DNA of 64,000 nucleotides. Origin: Polyangiaceae bacterium (lineage in GTDB: Bacteria; Myxococcota_A; Polyangia; Polyangiales; Polyangiaceae). The notes under the pieces were generated by a model. It made no database searches. It was given only the letters and a program-made list of their open reading frames with translations, and was not told where the DNA came from. The DNA lies in the NCBI GenBank assembly GCA_016715885.1, contig JADJXL010000022.1:203588-267587 (forward strand), given 5' to 3'. This document shows positions 48,398 to 58,471 of the stretch, in pieces. A program made the position numbers and the translations under genes. Numbering within the stretch: the stretch's first letter is position 1; the number at the start of each line of letters is the position of its first letter.

Positions 48398-49201
48398 ATG
48401 TCGTACAAATCCCTTACAACGCCGACGATGGTCACCATCACCGGCGCTTGGCTCGACAAGGAACACGAGCGACCGCTCATTGCGTCGCTGCCCAAGGCGG
48501 GCGCGCTGCTTTCATCCATCGACGCGGCACATTCGGGCTTGCTCAAAACGCAAAATACGACCGCCCAAGCGGCGGCCGACATCGTCGTCATTCAAAACGA
48601 GCAAGGCGAGCTCGATGTGCTCCACGATCGCAAAGCGCGCGGCAATTACAATTTGCTCGGCGCGCTCGCCGACCTTGCCGACGACCCCGACGACGCCGCC
48701 GCATACCTCGCCCTGCGCGACAAGCTTTTTCCCCACGGCCTGAAAATCGTCCAATGGAGCTACACGGACGAAGCCGGTGAAGCCAAGCTCGTCGAAGAGC
48801 GCCTTGGCAATGAGGACACGATTCTGCTGAAGAAGATCCCCGTGCCGAACGGTACGCTTTTCGACGCACACCGAGCGCGCGTCAAGGCGGGCAAGGAAAT
48901 CGGCGAGCTGGAAAAGAAAAAGGCGATGCTCGCGTCGTTCACCGAAACGCAAGCGACGTCGGCCAGCGATGTCGTCCGCGCGCGAAACCATTGGATTCGC
49001 GTGGTCAGCGCATTCATCAAGGTGCTGGAGCTCGAAGACCTGAGCGACGCCGACATGGCGCGTATTCTCAATCCGCTTCGAGATGCCGAGCGCAAGGCTG
49101 ATCAGCGCAATAACAAGACGGAAAGCAAGGTGGCTCGGGGCGTCGAAGCCACGAAACCGTCTGACACACCGGACGACCCGACAAGCTCGCCAACCGATTG
49201 A
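48398..49201 (+). CDS. hypothetical protein
   Basis: The protein is about 268 aa, mostly helical and acidic in composition, with no domain recognised. The start was taken at the internal ATG (MSYKSLTTP…). Confidence 0.5.
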   Translation: MSYKSLTTPTMVTITGAWLDKEHERPLIASLPKAGALLSSIDAAHSGLLKTQNTTAQAAADIVVIQNEQGELDVLHDRKARGNYNLLGALADLADDPDDAAAYLALRDKLFPHGLKIVQWSYTDEAGEAKLVEERLGNEDTILLKKIPVPNGTLFDAHRARVKAGKEIGELEKKKAMLASFTETQATSASDVVRARNHWIRVVSAFIKVLELEDLSDADMARILNPLRDAERKADQRNNKTESKVARGVEATKPSDTPDDPTSSPTD

Positions 49202-49408
49202 CGCAAAGGCTCGGCCGAGCTGACCATTTCATGCTTCCCAACCATGGCAAGGCCAGCGTCTCCGGACATCGGCGTGGTTCGAACGACCGCGGACCGTGGG
49301 GACGCTGGCATCATGGCGGCTGAATTGACGACGGTGCGCGGAAGGGCCGACCCTTGGGTGGTTGGGCGGGTGCAGAGGCCCGCCTGGCGAGGCATGGGCC
49401 AGTCGAAC

Positions 49409-50197
49409 TTACCCGGCCCCTGCTGGTCGATCCAGCGTCTTGGCGGTGGTCGATGGGACGGTCTCGCCCGCCGCTGGCTGAAGCCTCGCATCGAGCCAGA
49501 CGTGCGCCAGCTCAATGGTAACACACGGCGGATCGACCATACTTCGGTCGTGTATTGTATAGAGCAGGTCGATGTCCGTAGGGTGGGCACGAACGATGGC
49601 ATTGCCGAGCAACGACTTCAAGGTTGCAAAAGGGTGCCTGCCATCGCGAACATATGCGACCATCAACCCTGATGACATGCTCTTCGCATAACGACCATCG
49701 ACGAAGCGTGCGACTCCGTCGCGACAATATACGCCGGGAGAGTGATCGGACGTCGGTTCGACAATCTTGCATTCGGCAAAGAGGCCCCATTCGCCGATAT
49801 GCGTCACTTCGCGCGGTGTGCTCTTCGGCTGGAAAGTTAGATCAGGTGATTGTCGGAACGAGGCTCCAGCCGATCGCTGCTGGCCGCTACGCACGACTTT
49901 GCCGAACAGACGCAGCATGTGAGCGCGGCGTCGTCCTTTGGGTTGTTGGTTGAGCAGGTCCTCGATCTCGTTGGTGATCTCCTCCTCTCCGGCGTTCATC
50001 GGGTCCACCGTGGTTTCCTCACGCAATCGCGACCACGCCCAGCGCAGCGCGTCGATCACCGCCGTTCGCAGGGTTTCAGGAATGTCTGGCTGGGGCGGAA
50101 TCACTCGGACAGGGTGGGACAAAGGGGTGCGTGTGCTCACGGGATCTTCTCCGAAAGCAACGCGAGCGCGAGGATCCGCGCGCGAGTGGGCGTCCAA
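49409..50197 (-). CDS. hypothetical protein (start uncertain; the listed start is a TTG that overlaps the 3' end of the methyltransferase gene)
   Basis: Composition is protein-like from about residue 40 (IPETLRTAVIDALRWAW…). The segment HIGEWGLFAECKIV could be an E…ExK nuclease-like motif, but that is a weak call. Confidence 0.4.
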   Translation of the reverse strand: MDAHSRADPRARVAFGEDPVSTRTPLSHPVRVIPPQPDIPETLRTAVIDALRWAWSRLREETTVDPMNAGEEEITNEIEDLLNQQPKGRRRAHMLRLFGKVVRSGQQRSAGASFRQSPDLTFQPKSTPREVTHIGEWGLFAECKIVEPTSDHSPGVYCRDGVARFVDGRYAKSMSSGLMVAYVRDGRHPFATLKSLLGNAIVRAHPTDIDLLYTIHDRSMVDPPCVTIELAHVWLDARLQPAAGETVPSTTAKTLDRPAGAG

Positions 50198-53115
50198 TAC
50201 CGGTAGTGCTTCAAGATCGAGACGAACGTGGTCATCGGATCGAGGCGCACCGTCACGAGCGTGGCGCCCGATTCATCGGCTTCTTCGAGGATGGACTGCC
50301 AGGGGATCTCGGCATCATCAGGATCTCGCTTGCGGTTCTTGATTCGATCGACCTGAAGTACACCCCAGGGGCCAGCTTTCACGTCGGCCCGAAGTCGGAC
50401 ATGAGCCCGCTGCCCGGAAGCTTCGAGGACGTTCGTCAGCTCTTCTTCGAGCGTCGCCGCAAATGTGTTCAATTCGGCTTCATTGGGCGGACGCACGCCA
50501 TTGCGTCGCTGTTCTGCATAAGGAAGCGAAGTCTCGAGCGTGTCGCGAATACTGTCGCGCTCGACGTCATCTAGTTCGTAGAGGTCGAACACGAGGTCAT
50601 CGATTTGCCCTTGAAGCGTTTTCGACCAGCCATGGTCCCACAGGATATCGGACAATTTCAACGCAACCTTGCGCTGCTGTCGCGTGAGGTGGTCGTACGG
50701 GATGACCGGGAAGGCTTTCAATGTTTGGAGACGATAGCGATCACGCTCGACGCCAAAGCATCCGTCGGTCATGAGCGCAAAAAAGAGAAAGGCACGCGAT
50801 TGAAGCAGCAGTTGCAGCCATCGCGCTTGCTCGAGGCCGTCTTCGACAACCGCAAACGAAGCAGCAAACCATGAAGACGAGAACGTGAGGTCTTGCTCTG
50901 AAATCGACGTACGTGAGAGCGCTGGATTTGCCGGCGGGGATTCCTTCACGAGCAGTAGTGGCTCGGTGCATTCCTGTCGCGTAGGCTCTCGATGAATCAG
51001 TTTTTCCGTGAATGGCGGCAGAATGCTTGCGTTGATGCGATATCCCTGAATAGGTTGTTCCGGCGACTCTTTTGCCCGTTTCTGGTCGCTGACGAGATCT
51101 GGGAGACCAAGAAGCTTGCTCGGAAACGCGCGACTCGCAATCTCATATCCACGCCTCAACGAAGTCCCGATAGACGCCAAGTGTTTCTCTAGGGTCAGAC
51201 GCCCATCGATGAGCTTCGTCAGCACACCATGATCGAAGGAGGACCCACGAAACCGCAGCTTGAGAAGCCATGGGCTGGCGAAGGCGCTCTGCACGCCGAC
51301 GAGCTCCGCGTCGCTCCAGTCGATTCGCATTCGCCGTTGCTTCTTCTGCGATTCTTCGCTCAACGCAGGGCTTACGAATTGAAAGGCAGCATCGGGACCC
51401 GATGGCACCGCGTTCCGCGCAAAGACGATGGCGAATGGCGCACGGCTCCCAGGCCAAACCGAGGTTTCTCGCAACGCCGAGGCATTCAGGATCCCCGTGA
51501 TTTGCACCATTTCGAGCAAGTCGCGTCGTGCTTCGTCGCGCGCCTCCCCGGGGAACAACCATCTGGCATGGGTGATCAGGGCAATCTGCGCGCCGGGTCG
51601 GGCCCATTCCATGGCACGGTAAACGAAGGGAATGTCGGGGTACGTGTCGGGGAGGGTGAACGACATGCTTCGAGCCTCTCCGAGGCGCTCCTTGACGAGC
51701 CCACGCGTGTCTTCCGTCCAGCGTTTTTTCGCTGTAGCTGTGTGCTTCGCGCTCCAAGGCGGATTGCCAATCACCAGGTCGAAGCGATTCCGGAACGCCG
51801 CCTCGACTGGAGCAAGGCTCCCTTGCTCGGAGCCTCCTTCGCGCTGGAACAGCGCATTGTCGCGTAAGGGGTGCTCGAACTTGAGCAGCGACAGGGGGCG
51901 GGGCCTTTCCTCTGGATCGAGCTCGATGGCCGTCAGATACAGCGCCAGCTCGGCGAGACGCAATGCAGAGTCGTTGATGTCGAAGCCCGTGAGTTGTTCG
52001 TGAAGGATTCGGCGAATGGTGTCGCGAGCCGGTCGTCGCTTGGTCTGCGCCCATTCCCGTGCGACCAGTGCACGAAAGACGGCGACGAGGAAGACGCCGG
52101 CACCGGCAGCCGGATCCAGCACCGTGGGGCGTTTGATGCCTTCGAGCGAGGCGAGGGCTTCATCCACCATGAATTCGGCGATGTGCCGCGGCGTGTAAAA
52201 GATGCTCTCCTGCTCGGCTGTCGCGGCATCTTCATCGTGCGCGAAAGCTTCGTATACCTCGCTCAGAAGGCCCACCGGGACATGCGCGAAGTTCACGTCC
52301 TTCCACTGCGAAGGGAGATCGAGCTGAAGTTGTCCCTCCGCCGTGGCTGCATGCGCGATATTGCCAACCACCTGTTCGTAAACCACTTCGGGGATCGACC
52401 TAGCCCGTCCCTTCGTTCGAAATCGCAGAAGGCCCCCGTTGAACGTGCGGTCGAGCCATTCGAATGTGGCGATCGCACGCGCCCTACTTGACAAACAGTC
52501 AGCGAGGCTCGTGGCGGTCGGGTCGTTGCAGACCTCGCCGGGGTCGATGCCTTCGAGGAGGTTGCGATCGATGAGGAACCGCCAGAACAGTGCCCGCCCC
52601 ACGAGTGAAAGCGCATCGTGAGCGTCGACGTGTGCGCTTTGCCCAAGGGTCTTGGCGTTCTGAATGGAGTCTCGCAGCAGCTTGCGCAGCGCATTTCGTA
52701 CAGGAGCTACCTCATCCGGCGGCGGGGCGTGTAGGAGCGTTGGAATACGGAGCCGGCCCTCCGGAAGATCCGCAAGCGGGGCCGGCACGGGCCCCGTACC
52801 AAGCACGGCGGGGTAAACGTCGAGGCGACCAGGGCGAACGACCGCAATGAAGTCGGCATCGCCGCGAAACGCGATGCGTCGCACCCAGGGCACGAGGTCG
52901 AGCCCGCACGGTTTTCGCTCGTCGAAGACATAAGCGCGAGGTTGGCCCTGGGACTCGAGCACCATCGCGGGACGATCGTTCGTTGGGCTGCGCAAGAGAT
53001 CGACATATCGGAGAGTGCGCGGCTCAGCGCTGGCGAGCGCGAGGAGCTGTCCTTGCGCCACGCCGTACTGTTCCAGTTGCTCTACGAGTCCATCCAACAC
53101 GGCGGCATCTTCCAC
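50137..53115 (-). CDS. large gamma-class N6-adenine DNA methyltransferase (type IIG R-M / PglX-like architecture)
   Basis: Motif I (VLDPAAGAGVFLV) precedes motif IV (DLVIGNPPWSAK). A roughly 320-aa N-terminal domain and a roughly 500-aa C-terminal domain (possible target recognition) flank them. GTG 53115 is the listed start. Confidence 0.7.
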   Translation of the reverse strand: MEDAAVLDGLVEQLEQYGVAQGQLLALASAEPRTLRYVDLLRSPTNDRPAMVLESQGQPRAYVFDERKPCGLDLVPWVRRIAFRGDADFIAVVRPGRLDVYPAVLGTGPVPAPLADLPEGRLRIPTLLHAPPPDEVAPVRNALRKLLRDSIQNAKTLGQSAHVDAHDALSLVGRALFWRFLIDRNLLEGIDPGEVCNDPTATSLADCLSSRARAIATFEWLDRTFNGGLLRFRTKGRARSIPEVVYEQVVGNIAHAATAEGQLQLDLPSQWKDVNFAHVPVGLLSEVYEAFAHDEDAATAEQESIFYTPRHIAEFMVDEALASLEGIKRPTVLDPAAGAGVFLVAVFRALVAREWAQTKRRPARDTIRRILHEQLTGFDINDSALRLAELALYLTAIELDPEERPRPLSLLKFEHPLRDNALFQREGGSEQGSLAPVEAAFRNRFDLVIGNPPWSAKHTATAKKRWTEDTRGLVKERLGEARSMSFTLPDTYPDIPFVYRAMEWARPGAQIALITHARWLFPGEARDEARRDLLEMVQITGILNASALRETSVWPGSRAPFAIVFARNAVPSGPDAAFQFVSPALSEESQKKQRRMRIDWSDAELVGVQSAFASPWLLKLRFRGSSFDHGVLTKLIDGRLTLEKHLASIGTSLRRGYEIASRAFPSKLLGLPDLVSDQKRAKESPEQPIQGYRINASILPPFTEKLIHREPTRQECTEPLLLVKESPPANPALSRTSISEQDLTFSSSWFAASFAVVEDGLEQARWLQLLLQSRAFLFFALMTDGCFGVERDRYRLQTLKAFPVIPYDHLTRQQRKVALKLSDILWDHGWSKTLQGQIDDLVFDLYELDDVERDSIRDTLETSLPYAEQRRNGVRPPNEAELNTFAATLEEELTNVLEASGQRAHVRLRADVKAGPWGVLQVDRIKNRKRDPDDAEIPWQSILEEADESGATLVTVRLDPMTTFVSILKHYRYWTPTRARILALALLSEKIP

Positions 53116-53327
53116 TAGAACCTACACAGAAATCAACAGTGACGGAGAGATTGTCATCCGTTCGCGCTAGGCAACCGCTTTGGTCGGCATGCGCCCTGTC
53201 TAGCATCTCCCTCGTGATAGTGGGTTTCACGTCGTCGCAGCCAGGTCGACTTGTCGACACTGGCACGCAAATCACGGTCAACCGAATTCCCTTGCGCAAT
53301 TGTGACGCTTGAACTACCCATCACGCC

Positions 53328-54311
53328 ATGATTACGTTTCGCGGTGCGGTTTTTGCTCTGACTTTCGTCTTGGCGACGGTCATGCTTCCGGGGGCTTCGC
53401 ACGCGAATGATACCAATGCAGAAGAGAAGGCGCGAGTCCTCTTCGATGCGGGGAAAACCGCGCGTGAGGCCAAGGATTACGCGACCGCGCTGCGGCTATT
53501 TCGCGAATCGCACGAGACGTTTCGATCCGCTTCGCTCGACGCGCTCGTCAATATGGCGGATTGCGAGAATGCGCTCGGAAAAACCGCAGCAGCGTACCTT
53601 CATTACAGCCAATTTTTGCGCAATGTCAAAGTGCGAGACAATCGCGTCACCGAAGTGACCGACGTCATGGCCGCGATGATGAAAGCGGGTCCGTGGATTC
53701 GCATCGCTGGACGTGACACGTTCGCGCCGAATGTCGTGGTGCGCGTCGACGGCGTGGTACTTGGGCCAATCGCAAAAGCCCCCGAGGAAATTCCTGCCGA
53801 GCCTGGTGAACACATCGTTGTGATTACGGCTCCTCATGAACCAGAACGCAAAATCGCCGTGACCGTCGAGTTGGGCAAGCACCATGACGTGGATGTTCGC
53901 TCCAAGCTTTCAGCCGGAGGAGGCAACGAGAAACAACCGACGCGTATTCCGCATTGGGTTCGTCCCGTTGGAATCATTCTTGGCGGTACGGGTGGTCTAA
54001 GCAGTTTGATGGTAGGTGCGGGTTTTGCGGGAGGAGCCGTCAGCCTGAACGACGCGCTCGAAAAGGATTGCGCCAAGGACGACGGCAATGGGGCGACCTG
54101 CGACGCGGCAAAGGTACCTGATCTGGAAGCGCGCAGGGCCGAGGGCACACGGTTGACGACGACGGCGACGGCTTTGTTCGTGGTGGGTGGAGCACTGACG
54201 ACAGCGGCCGTCGTACTGATCCTCGCGGGCCGTTCGCAGCCGAATGACGTCGCATTCGCACCGCTGGTTTTGCCGGGTGGCGGCGGAGTATTGATGGGCG
54301 GGCGATTCTGA
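53328..54311 (+). CDS. secreted helical (TPR-like) / PEGA-like / C-terminal TM protein, paralog of 35720–36766
   Basis: A signal peptide (MITFRGAVFALTFVLATVMLPGASHA) is followed by VRVDGVVLGP (PEGA-like). Then come a TM segment (VGIILGGTGGLSSLMVGAGFAGG) and a C-terminus LVLPGGGGVLMGGRF that matches the paralog. Confidence 0.6.
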   Translation: MITFRGAVFALTFVLATVMLPGASHANDTNAEEKARVLFDAGKTAREAKDYATALRLFRESHETFRSASLDALVNMADCENALGKTAAAYLHYSQFLRNVKVRDNRVTEVTDVMAAMMKAGPWIRIAGRDTFAPNVVVRVDGVVLGPIAKAPEEIPAEPGEHIVVITAPHEPERKIAVTVELGKHHDVDVRSKLSAGGGNEKQPTRIPHWVRPVGIILGGTGGLSSLMVGAGFAGGAVSLNDALEKDCAKDDGNGATCDAAKVPDLEARRAEGTRLTTTATALFVVGGALTTAAVVLILAGRSQPNDVAFAPLVLPGGGGVLMGGRF

Positions 54312-54411
54312 AGTTGCAATCCACGTGTCATCAGTACAAGTACATCCGTTGTCGAACGGCCGACGCAGTCATCCTGGACGCATCGCGGCCAGGGCAAGAA
54401 GGAGTGATTTT

Positions 54412-54807
54412 GTGAAGGGATATGTGGACAACATCGAGAAAGCGACCGAGGAAAACAACGATTTTCGCCGAGTGCTCTACACCGGTCACAACTTGCAGTT
54501 GGTGCTGATGGCGATCCAGCCCGGCGACGAGATCGGGAAGGAAGTGCATGACGACCGCGACCAATTCTTCCGCATCGAATCGGGCACCGGCGAAGTCTGG
54601 ATCGACGGCGTCTGCCACAAGGTGAAGGCGGATGACGGCATCATCGTGCCGCAAGGCGCCGAGCACAACGTCGTGGCGACGGGGACCGAGCCGCTGCGAC
54701 TCTACACGATCTACGGCCCGCCCGAGCACATCGACGGCACGGTGCACAAGACCTGCGCGGAAGCGAAGGCCTCGCACGAGCACTTTGACGGGCGCACGAC
54801 CGAATAG
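54412..54807 (+). CDS. cupin-domain protein
   Basis: AAGGAG sits 8 nt before GTG 54412. Cupin motifs are G(x)5HxH…E (EVHDDRDQFFRIESG) and PQGAEHNV. Confidence 0.8.
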   Translation: MKGYVDNIEKATEENNDFRRVLYTGHNLQLVLMAIQPGDEIGKEVHDDRDQFFRIESGTGEVWIDGVCHKVKADDGIIVPQGAEHNVVATGTEPLRLYTIYGPPEHIDGTVHKTCAEAKASHEHFDGRTTE

Positions 54808-55136
54808 CCGGGCATGAACAACCTCAATGCCCACCGCCGCCGCGATCTTCGGCGTCGATGAATCATTTCCCCATGCTCTGGTCCACGCGGTACTTCTGCT
54901 GGAACGTATATTCATACCGCCCCATGTCGTCCTGCGAGCGCCCATTACCTGTAATCGTCCACGGAGACAAACCCGAGCTATAGGTCCCCATGAGGCGCGC
55001 GGAGAGGATATGGCCCTTGTGGGCACGTACCTCGAACCTTCCGTGCATGGCGCACGCGATGGCGAATCATCGAGGTCCCGGTGGCCAATGCTCGAAGCTC
55101 CGATGGGCGATGATCGCACGATACGCGGTTCGACCT

Positions 55137-55838
55137 TCAGAATGAATAACCGAGGCCCGTGCTCAAGGCCCGTTCTCCGGCGGGTATGTATTCGATGAAT
55201 GCGTCGAACCCCATGGGGATTGCGACGGCCAACCCCACACCGACCTGAAACTTGTACCTATCGGTGCCGACCACGTCTTTGCCGTCGATCTGCCACCAGA
55301 TGGGGCCTCCGAATCCACGAACGACCGCATACGGGTTGATTCCTGGCATATACGTGATTCCTGCGACGATACTGAGACGTATGTCACCGGCGAGATAACC
55401 AACGTTCGGCGAATCATCCTTTACGCCTTGCGTATTGGCGCCGGCAAAAGCCAGCGTTCCGCCCACCAAGACAAATGGCTTCCAACCGCTGCCAGCGACG
55501 GCGCGATACGATGCCGAAATGCCCGCCGACCAGCCAGGACCAAATACATGACGATCCTGCCCGACCTTCAGCATTCCGGTGACGATTCCACCGGCGGCAG
55601 CCTGCAATGTCCATTTCTCCGACACGCGGCGCTCGATCGTAGCCAGAAGAGCGCGGCGATCGATATCGACGTTCGTTCTCCCGTCGAATCTGAGCGTCGA
55701 TTCGGCGTGACCGATGACGATACTCGCGCGATATAGCTTGCTCGCAGTCGCTCGCTTCGGCTTCGTTTCGTTTTTCGGCGAAACGCCGTTGGATGGCAAA
55801 ACGTCGACGGTTGTGAGATCGTCATTGCAAGAAGTCAT
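55137..55838 (-). CDS. hypothetical protein, possibly an outer-membrane beta-barrel (C-terminal …GLGYSF)
   Basis: The C-terminus is aromatic, and alternating hydrophobic strands appear in the C-terminal 170 aa. No signal peptide is evident at ATG 55838. Confidence 0.4.
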   Translation of the reverse strand: MTSCNDDLTTVDVLPSNGVSPKNETKPKRATASKLYRASIVIGHAESTLRFDGRTNVDIDRRALLATIERRVSEKWTLQAAAGGIVTGMLKVGQDRHVFGPGWSAGISASYRAVAGSGWKPFVLVGGTLAFAGANTQGVKDDSPNVGYLAGDIRLSIVAGITYMPGINPYAVVRGFGGPIWWQIDGKDVVGTDRYKFQVGVGLAVAIPMGFDAFIEYIPAGERALSTGLGYSF

Positions 55839-56160
55839 GCCCGTCGGACCGACGGCTGCTGCGACACCTCAGGCCCGCGCGTCCCGCGTACCGACATGAA
55901 AAGAAATGGCCAATGCGGCGAATGCAACGAAGAACGATCTGTCACGCATCGAGTCTACCCACGAGATACATATCACGGAAAGTGCCTTGGGCGAACAAAC
56001 ATCCATTTCCGAACCCCGAACCATGCTTGTCAAGGGGTGCAGCTCACCACTGGCGCATGATCACGCAAAGCTGCGTCTCTCCACGCCGCGCCTGACGCCC
56101 CGAGCGTCGAGCGCGGGAAAACACTGGATTCGAGGAGCGGGCGTGCGGCATCATCGCTTC

Positions 56161-57294
56161 ATGTCTTTCCACAAATTCTTGCTTGTCCTCCTCGGCGCTT
56201 GCGGCGCGTGTACGCTCGCTTCAGCGTGCACGTACCAGTTGCCCACGATGGAACAAGGGGGCGCAGGTGGAGGGATGCCCGTGGACTGGTGGGACGCAGC
56301 GTGGGCCCACCGAATCCGGATCACGTTTCAGAACGCGGGCGGCGAGGCCCTGGCCGACTTTCCCGTGATGGTCCGGCTCGACGGAATGCGCATGCCAAAC
56401 GCGCAAGCATCGCCCAGCGGCGCGGACCTACGCTTCGTCGACGACGATGGGCAAACGATTCTGCATCACGAGATTGATCGCTGGAAGCCCGGGAGCGAAT
56501 CGTTCGTATGGGTGCGGGTCCCGAACATCGACGCGACGAATACCGATCACATATGGCTTTATTATGGCAATCCGGAGGCGACGGGCGTGGAGGACGCGGC
56601 GGCCGTGTGGAATGGCTTCATCGGCGTGTATCACCTTTCGCCAAGCGACGGCATGCCGACGCAATTCCCCGATAGTGCCGGCGTGAAAACCGGCGGCTGG
56701 TTCAATGGTCAGGCGGGTGCGATCGTTGCCGGGCCGATCAACCACGCCATTGGCCTCGATGGAGTCCGGTTCGTGCACATCGGGACGAACAACAACGTGG
56801 CTGCCAACCCGGGTCAAGCACGTACGGTCGAAGCGTGGATGAACGCTTCGCAGTTACAGGAGCAGGCCGTCGTGTACGAGGAGGGCGAATGCGTGGGGTG
56901 GTATTTGGGTATGAACGCAAAGGGCCATTACTTGGGGAATTTCATTACCGACCCGGTCCTTCCCCTCTGCGGCGCTGGAACCAGCGATTACGCGGTGACG
57001 ACACCGGCATCGGCGGGGACATGGCATTACGTGGCCCTCGTCGTTGATCGCCCCGGCCTCGAAATGCGCCTCTTCGTGGATGGGATCTTTGCGAAATCAA
57101 CCCCCATCAACAATATGGAGATCGCCGATGGGAACGGTGTTTTCAGGATCGGCAGCGATTACGATGGCGGCGCGGGAACGTTCGTTGGCTCCATCGACGA
57201 AGTGCGGGTTTCGAGCAGCGCGCGTAGTGCCGGGTGGATCGCAGCTCAGCACAAATCCATGACGGATCATTTTCTCAGTTTCGAAGCTGAGTAA
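56161..57294 (+). CDS. lipoprotein with a DUF2341-like domain followed by a LamG (concanavalin A-like) domain
   Basis: The lipobox is MSFHKFLLVLLGACGAC. The segment DWWDAAWAHRIRITF…DFPVMVRL matches the DUF2341 signature. The C-terminal part is LamG-like (…VRVSSSARSAGWI). Confidence 0.65.
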   Translation: MSFHKFLLVLLGACGACTLASACTYQLPTMEQGGAGGGMPVDWWDAAWAHRIRITFQNAGGEALADFPVMVRLDGMRMPNAQASPSGADLRFVDDDGQTILHHEIDRWKPGSESFVWVRVPNIDATNTDHIWLYYGNPEATGVEDAAAVWNGFIGVYHLSPSDGMPTQFPDSAGVKTGGWFNGQAGAIVAGPINHAIGLDGVRFVHIGTNNNVAANPGQARTVEAWMNASQLQEQAVVYEEGECVGWYLGMNAKGHYLGNFITDPVLPLCGAGTSDYAVTTPASAGTWHYVALVVDRPGLEMRLFVDGIFAKSTPINNMEIADGNGVFRIGSDYDGGAGTFVGSIDEVRVSSSARSAGWIAAQHKSMTDHFLSFEAE

Positions 57295-57389
57295 ATCCGC
57301 GTATGCACCCAACATCCCGAAATTCTTGTGTATCCGGGCAACTCGTGAGACGCTCGGATGCACGGCGGAGCTTGCACGGCGAACGAGGA

Positions 57390-57884
57390 ATGATGCAAAC
57401 GTTTACGCGAAGGCATCTTGTTGCACTGGTCGTGTTGACGCTGTTCTGCAGCTTGGCGCTGGCCGCGATGGGCGACACGGCCGAGGCTGCGGGGGAGTCG
57501 GCGCAGGTTGACGATGCGCCCACACGGGGTACCTTCGTCGACGATCAGGACCTGGACGCTGCTGCGCTTGCGTGGATGGCGGACGCGATGCAAATGTCGA
57601 TCGACCCAACCGATGCGCTCAAGGGAATCAAACCTGATTGGTCATGCGGGCGTGCACCGTACAATTGTAAATCAACCGAATTCTGTCCGTACGACGGCGG
57701 TTTTTCTCTCTGCAGGGTCACCGCGTGCGGTGAGGGAAAGTGCTCCTGGTGCCCGGTGAACCCACCCTTTCGTATCGTCAAATCGTGGTGCTCCTATGCT
57801 TGCATGAAAGAGTCGACGATTGTCGGAGGTGCGTGGGCATTCAGGCTAGCGGGGGACCTTTGGTGGGGTCCAACCTGCTTATGA
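57390..57884 (+). CDS. small secreted Cys-rich protein (10 Cys in about 70 aa)
   Basis: The signal peptide is MMQTFTRRHLVALVVLTLFCSLALAA. The C-terminal segment is CGRAPYNCKSTEFCPYDGGFSLCRVTACGEGKCSWCPV…CSYAC. Confidence 0.55.
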   Translation: MMQTFTRRHLVALVVLTLFCSLALAAMGDTAEAAGESAQVDDAPTRGTFVDDQDLDAAALAWMADAMQMSIDPTDALKGIKPDWSCGRAPYNCKSTEFCPYDGGFSLCRVTACGEGKCSWCPVNPPFRIVKSWCSYACMKESTIVGGAWAFRLAGDLWWGPTCL

Positions 57885-57894
57885 GGATGGTCCA

Positions 57895-58464
57895 ATGGCA
57901 GATTCTCCCAAATACGCGCATTTGAGTGACCAAATACCCCCGTTGCCGGAAATCTTTCGGAAGGGCGGATGGCTCCCGGATGCAACACCCATCACGCCTG
58001 AGACGTGGTACGAATTTTGGTGCGTTGCTGCCATACATGGCTGGTTCATGGTGCTGACGTCGCCCAGACTTTGGGCGAGGCTGCGTCGTATTCCGCCCAA
58101 AGCCTTTTTGCTGAAAATCGTCGACGTTTACTTGGTGTACGCCAAAAGTAGTAGGCGTTATTCGCACAATCCGCAAATCCGGCCACCCGTCGATCTGGCC
58201 CTGCGCGCGGCCTCCGTGGAGCGTCTACGCAGTCTGCTGGTCGATTGGGAACCGCCGGTGGTAACGCCCGAAATTCGCGAAGCTGCGATGGCTGCTCACC
58301 TCACCGAGATGGGGGAGCCACTCGCAGAAAATTGGGATGGACCGGAATTCGAGCCGAAGGACGCACCCCTCGAAGCCATGTTGCCTTGGCCCGAGGGGGG
58401 AGAATGGGACGAGGAGGCGTTCCTCGCGGGACGCATGAACGAAGAAGGCAATCAACCGAAATGA
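57895..58464 (+). CDS. hypothetical protein
   Basis: The ATG at 57895 was confirmed. The protein is 189 aa, with no domain recognised. Confidence 0.5.
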   Translation: MADSPKYAHLSDQIPPLPEIFRKGGWLPDATPITPETWYEFWCVAAIHGWFMVLTSPRLWARLRRIPPKAFLLKIVDVYLVYAKSSRRYSHNPQIRPPVDLALRAASVERLRSLLVDWEPPVVTPEIREAAMAAHLTEMGEPLAENWDGPEFEPKDAPLEAMLPWPEGGEWDEEAFLAGRMNEEGNQPK

Positions 58465-58471
58465 CCATCCA

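Noticed and set aside
49275-49300. GGTTCGAAC tRNA T-loop-like motif in the intergenic region
   Set aside because: The flanking sequence cannot form T-stem, acceptor or anticodon arms, so no tRNA is supported.
50137-50197. 61-bp overlap between the methyltransferase 3' end and the TTG start of ORF 49409–50197 read as a genuine gene overlap
   Set aside because: The listed TTG start is probably not used. The real start is likely downstream, or the ORF may be a frameshifted continuation of the methyltransferase. This stays unresolved and is reported as uncertainty rather than a feature.
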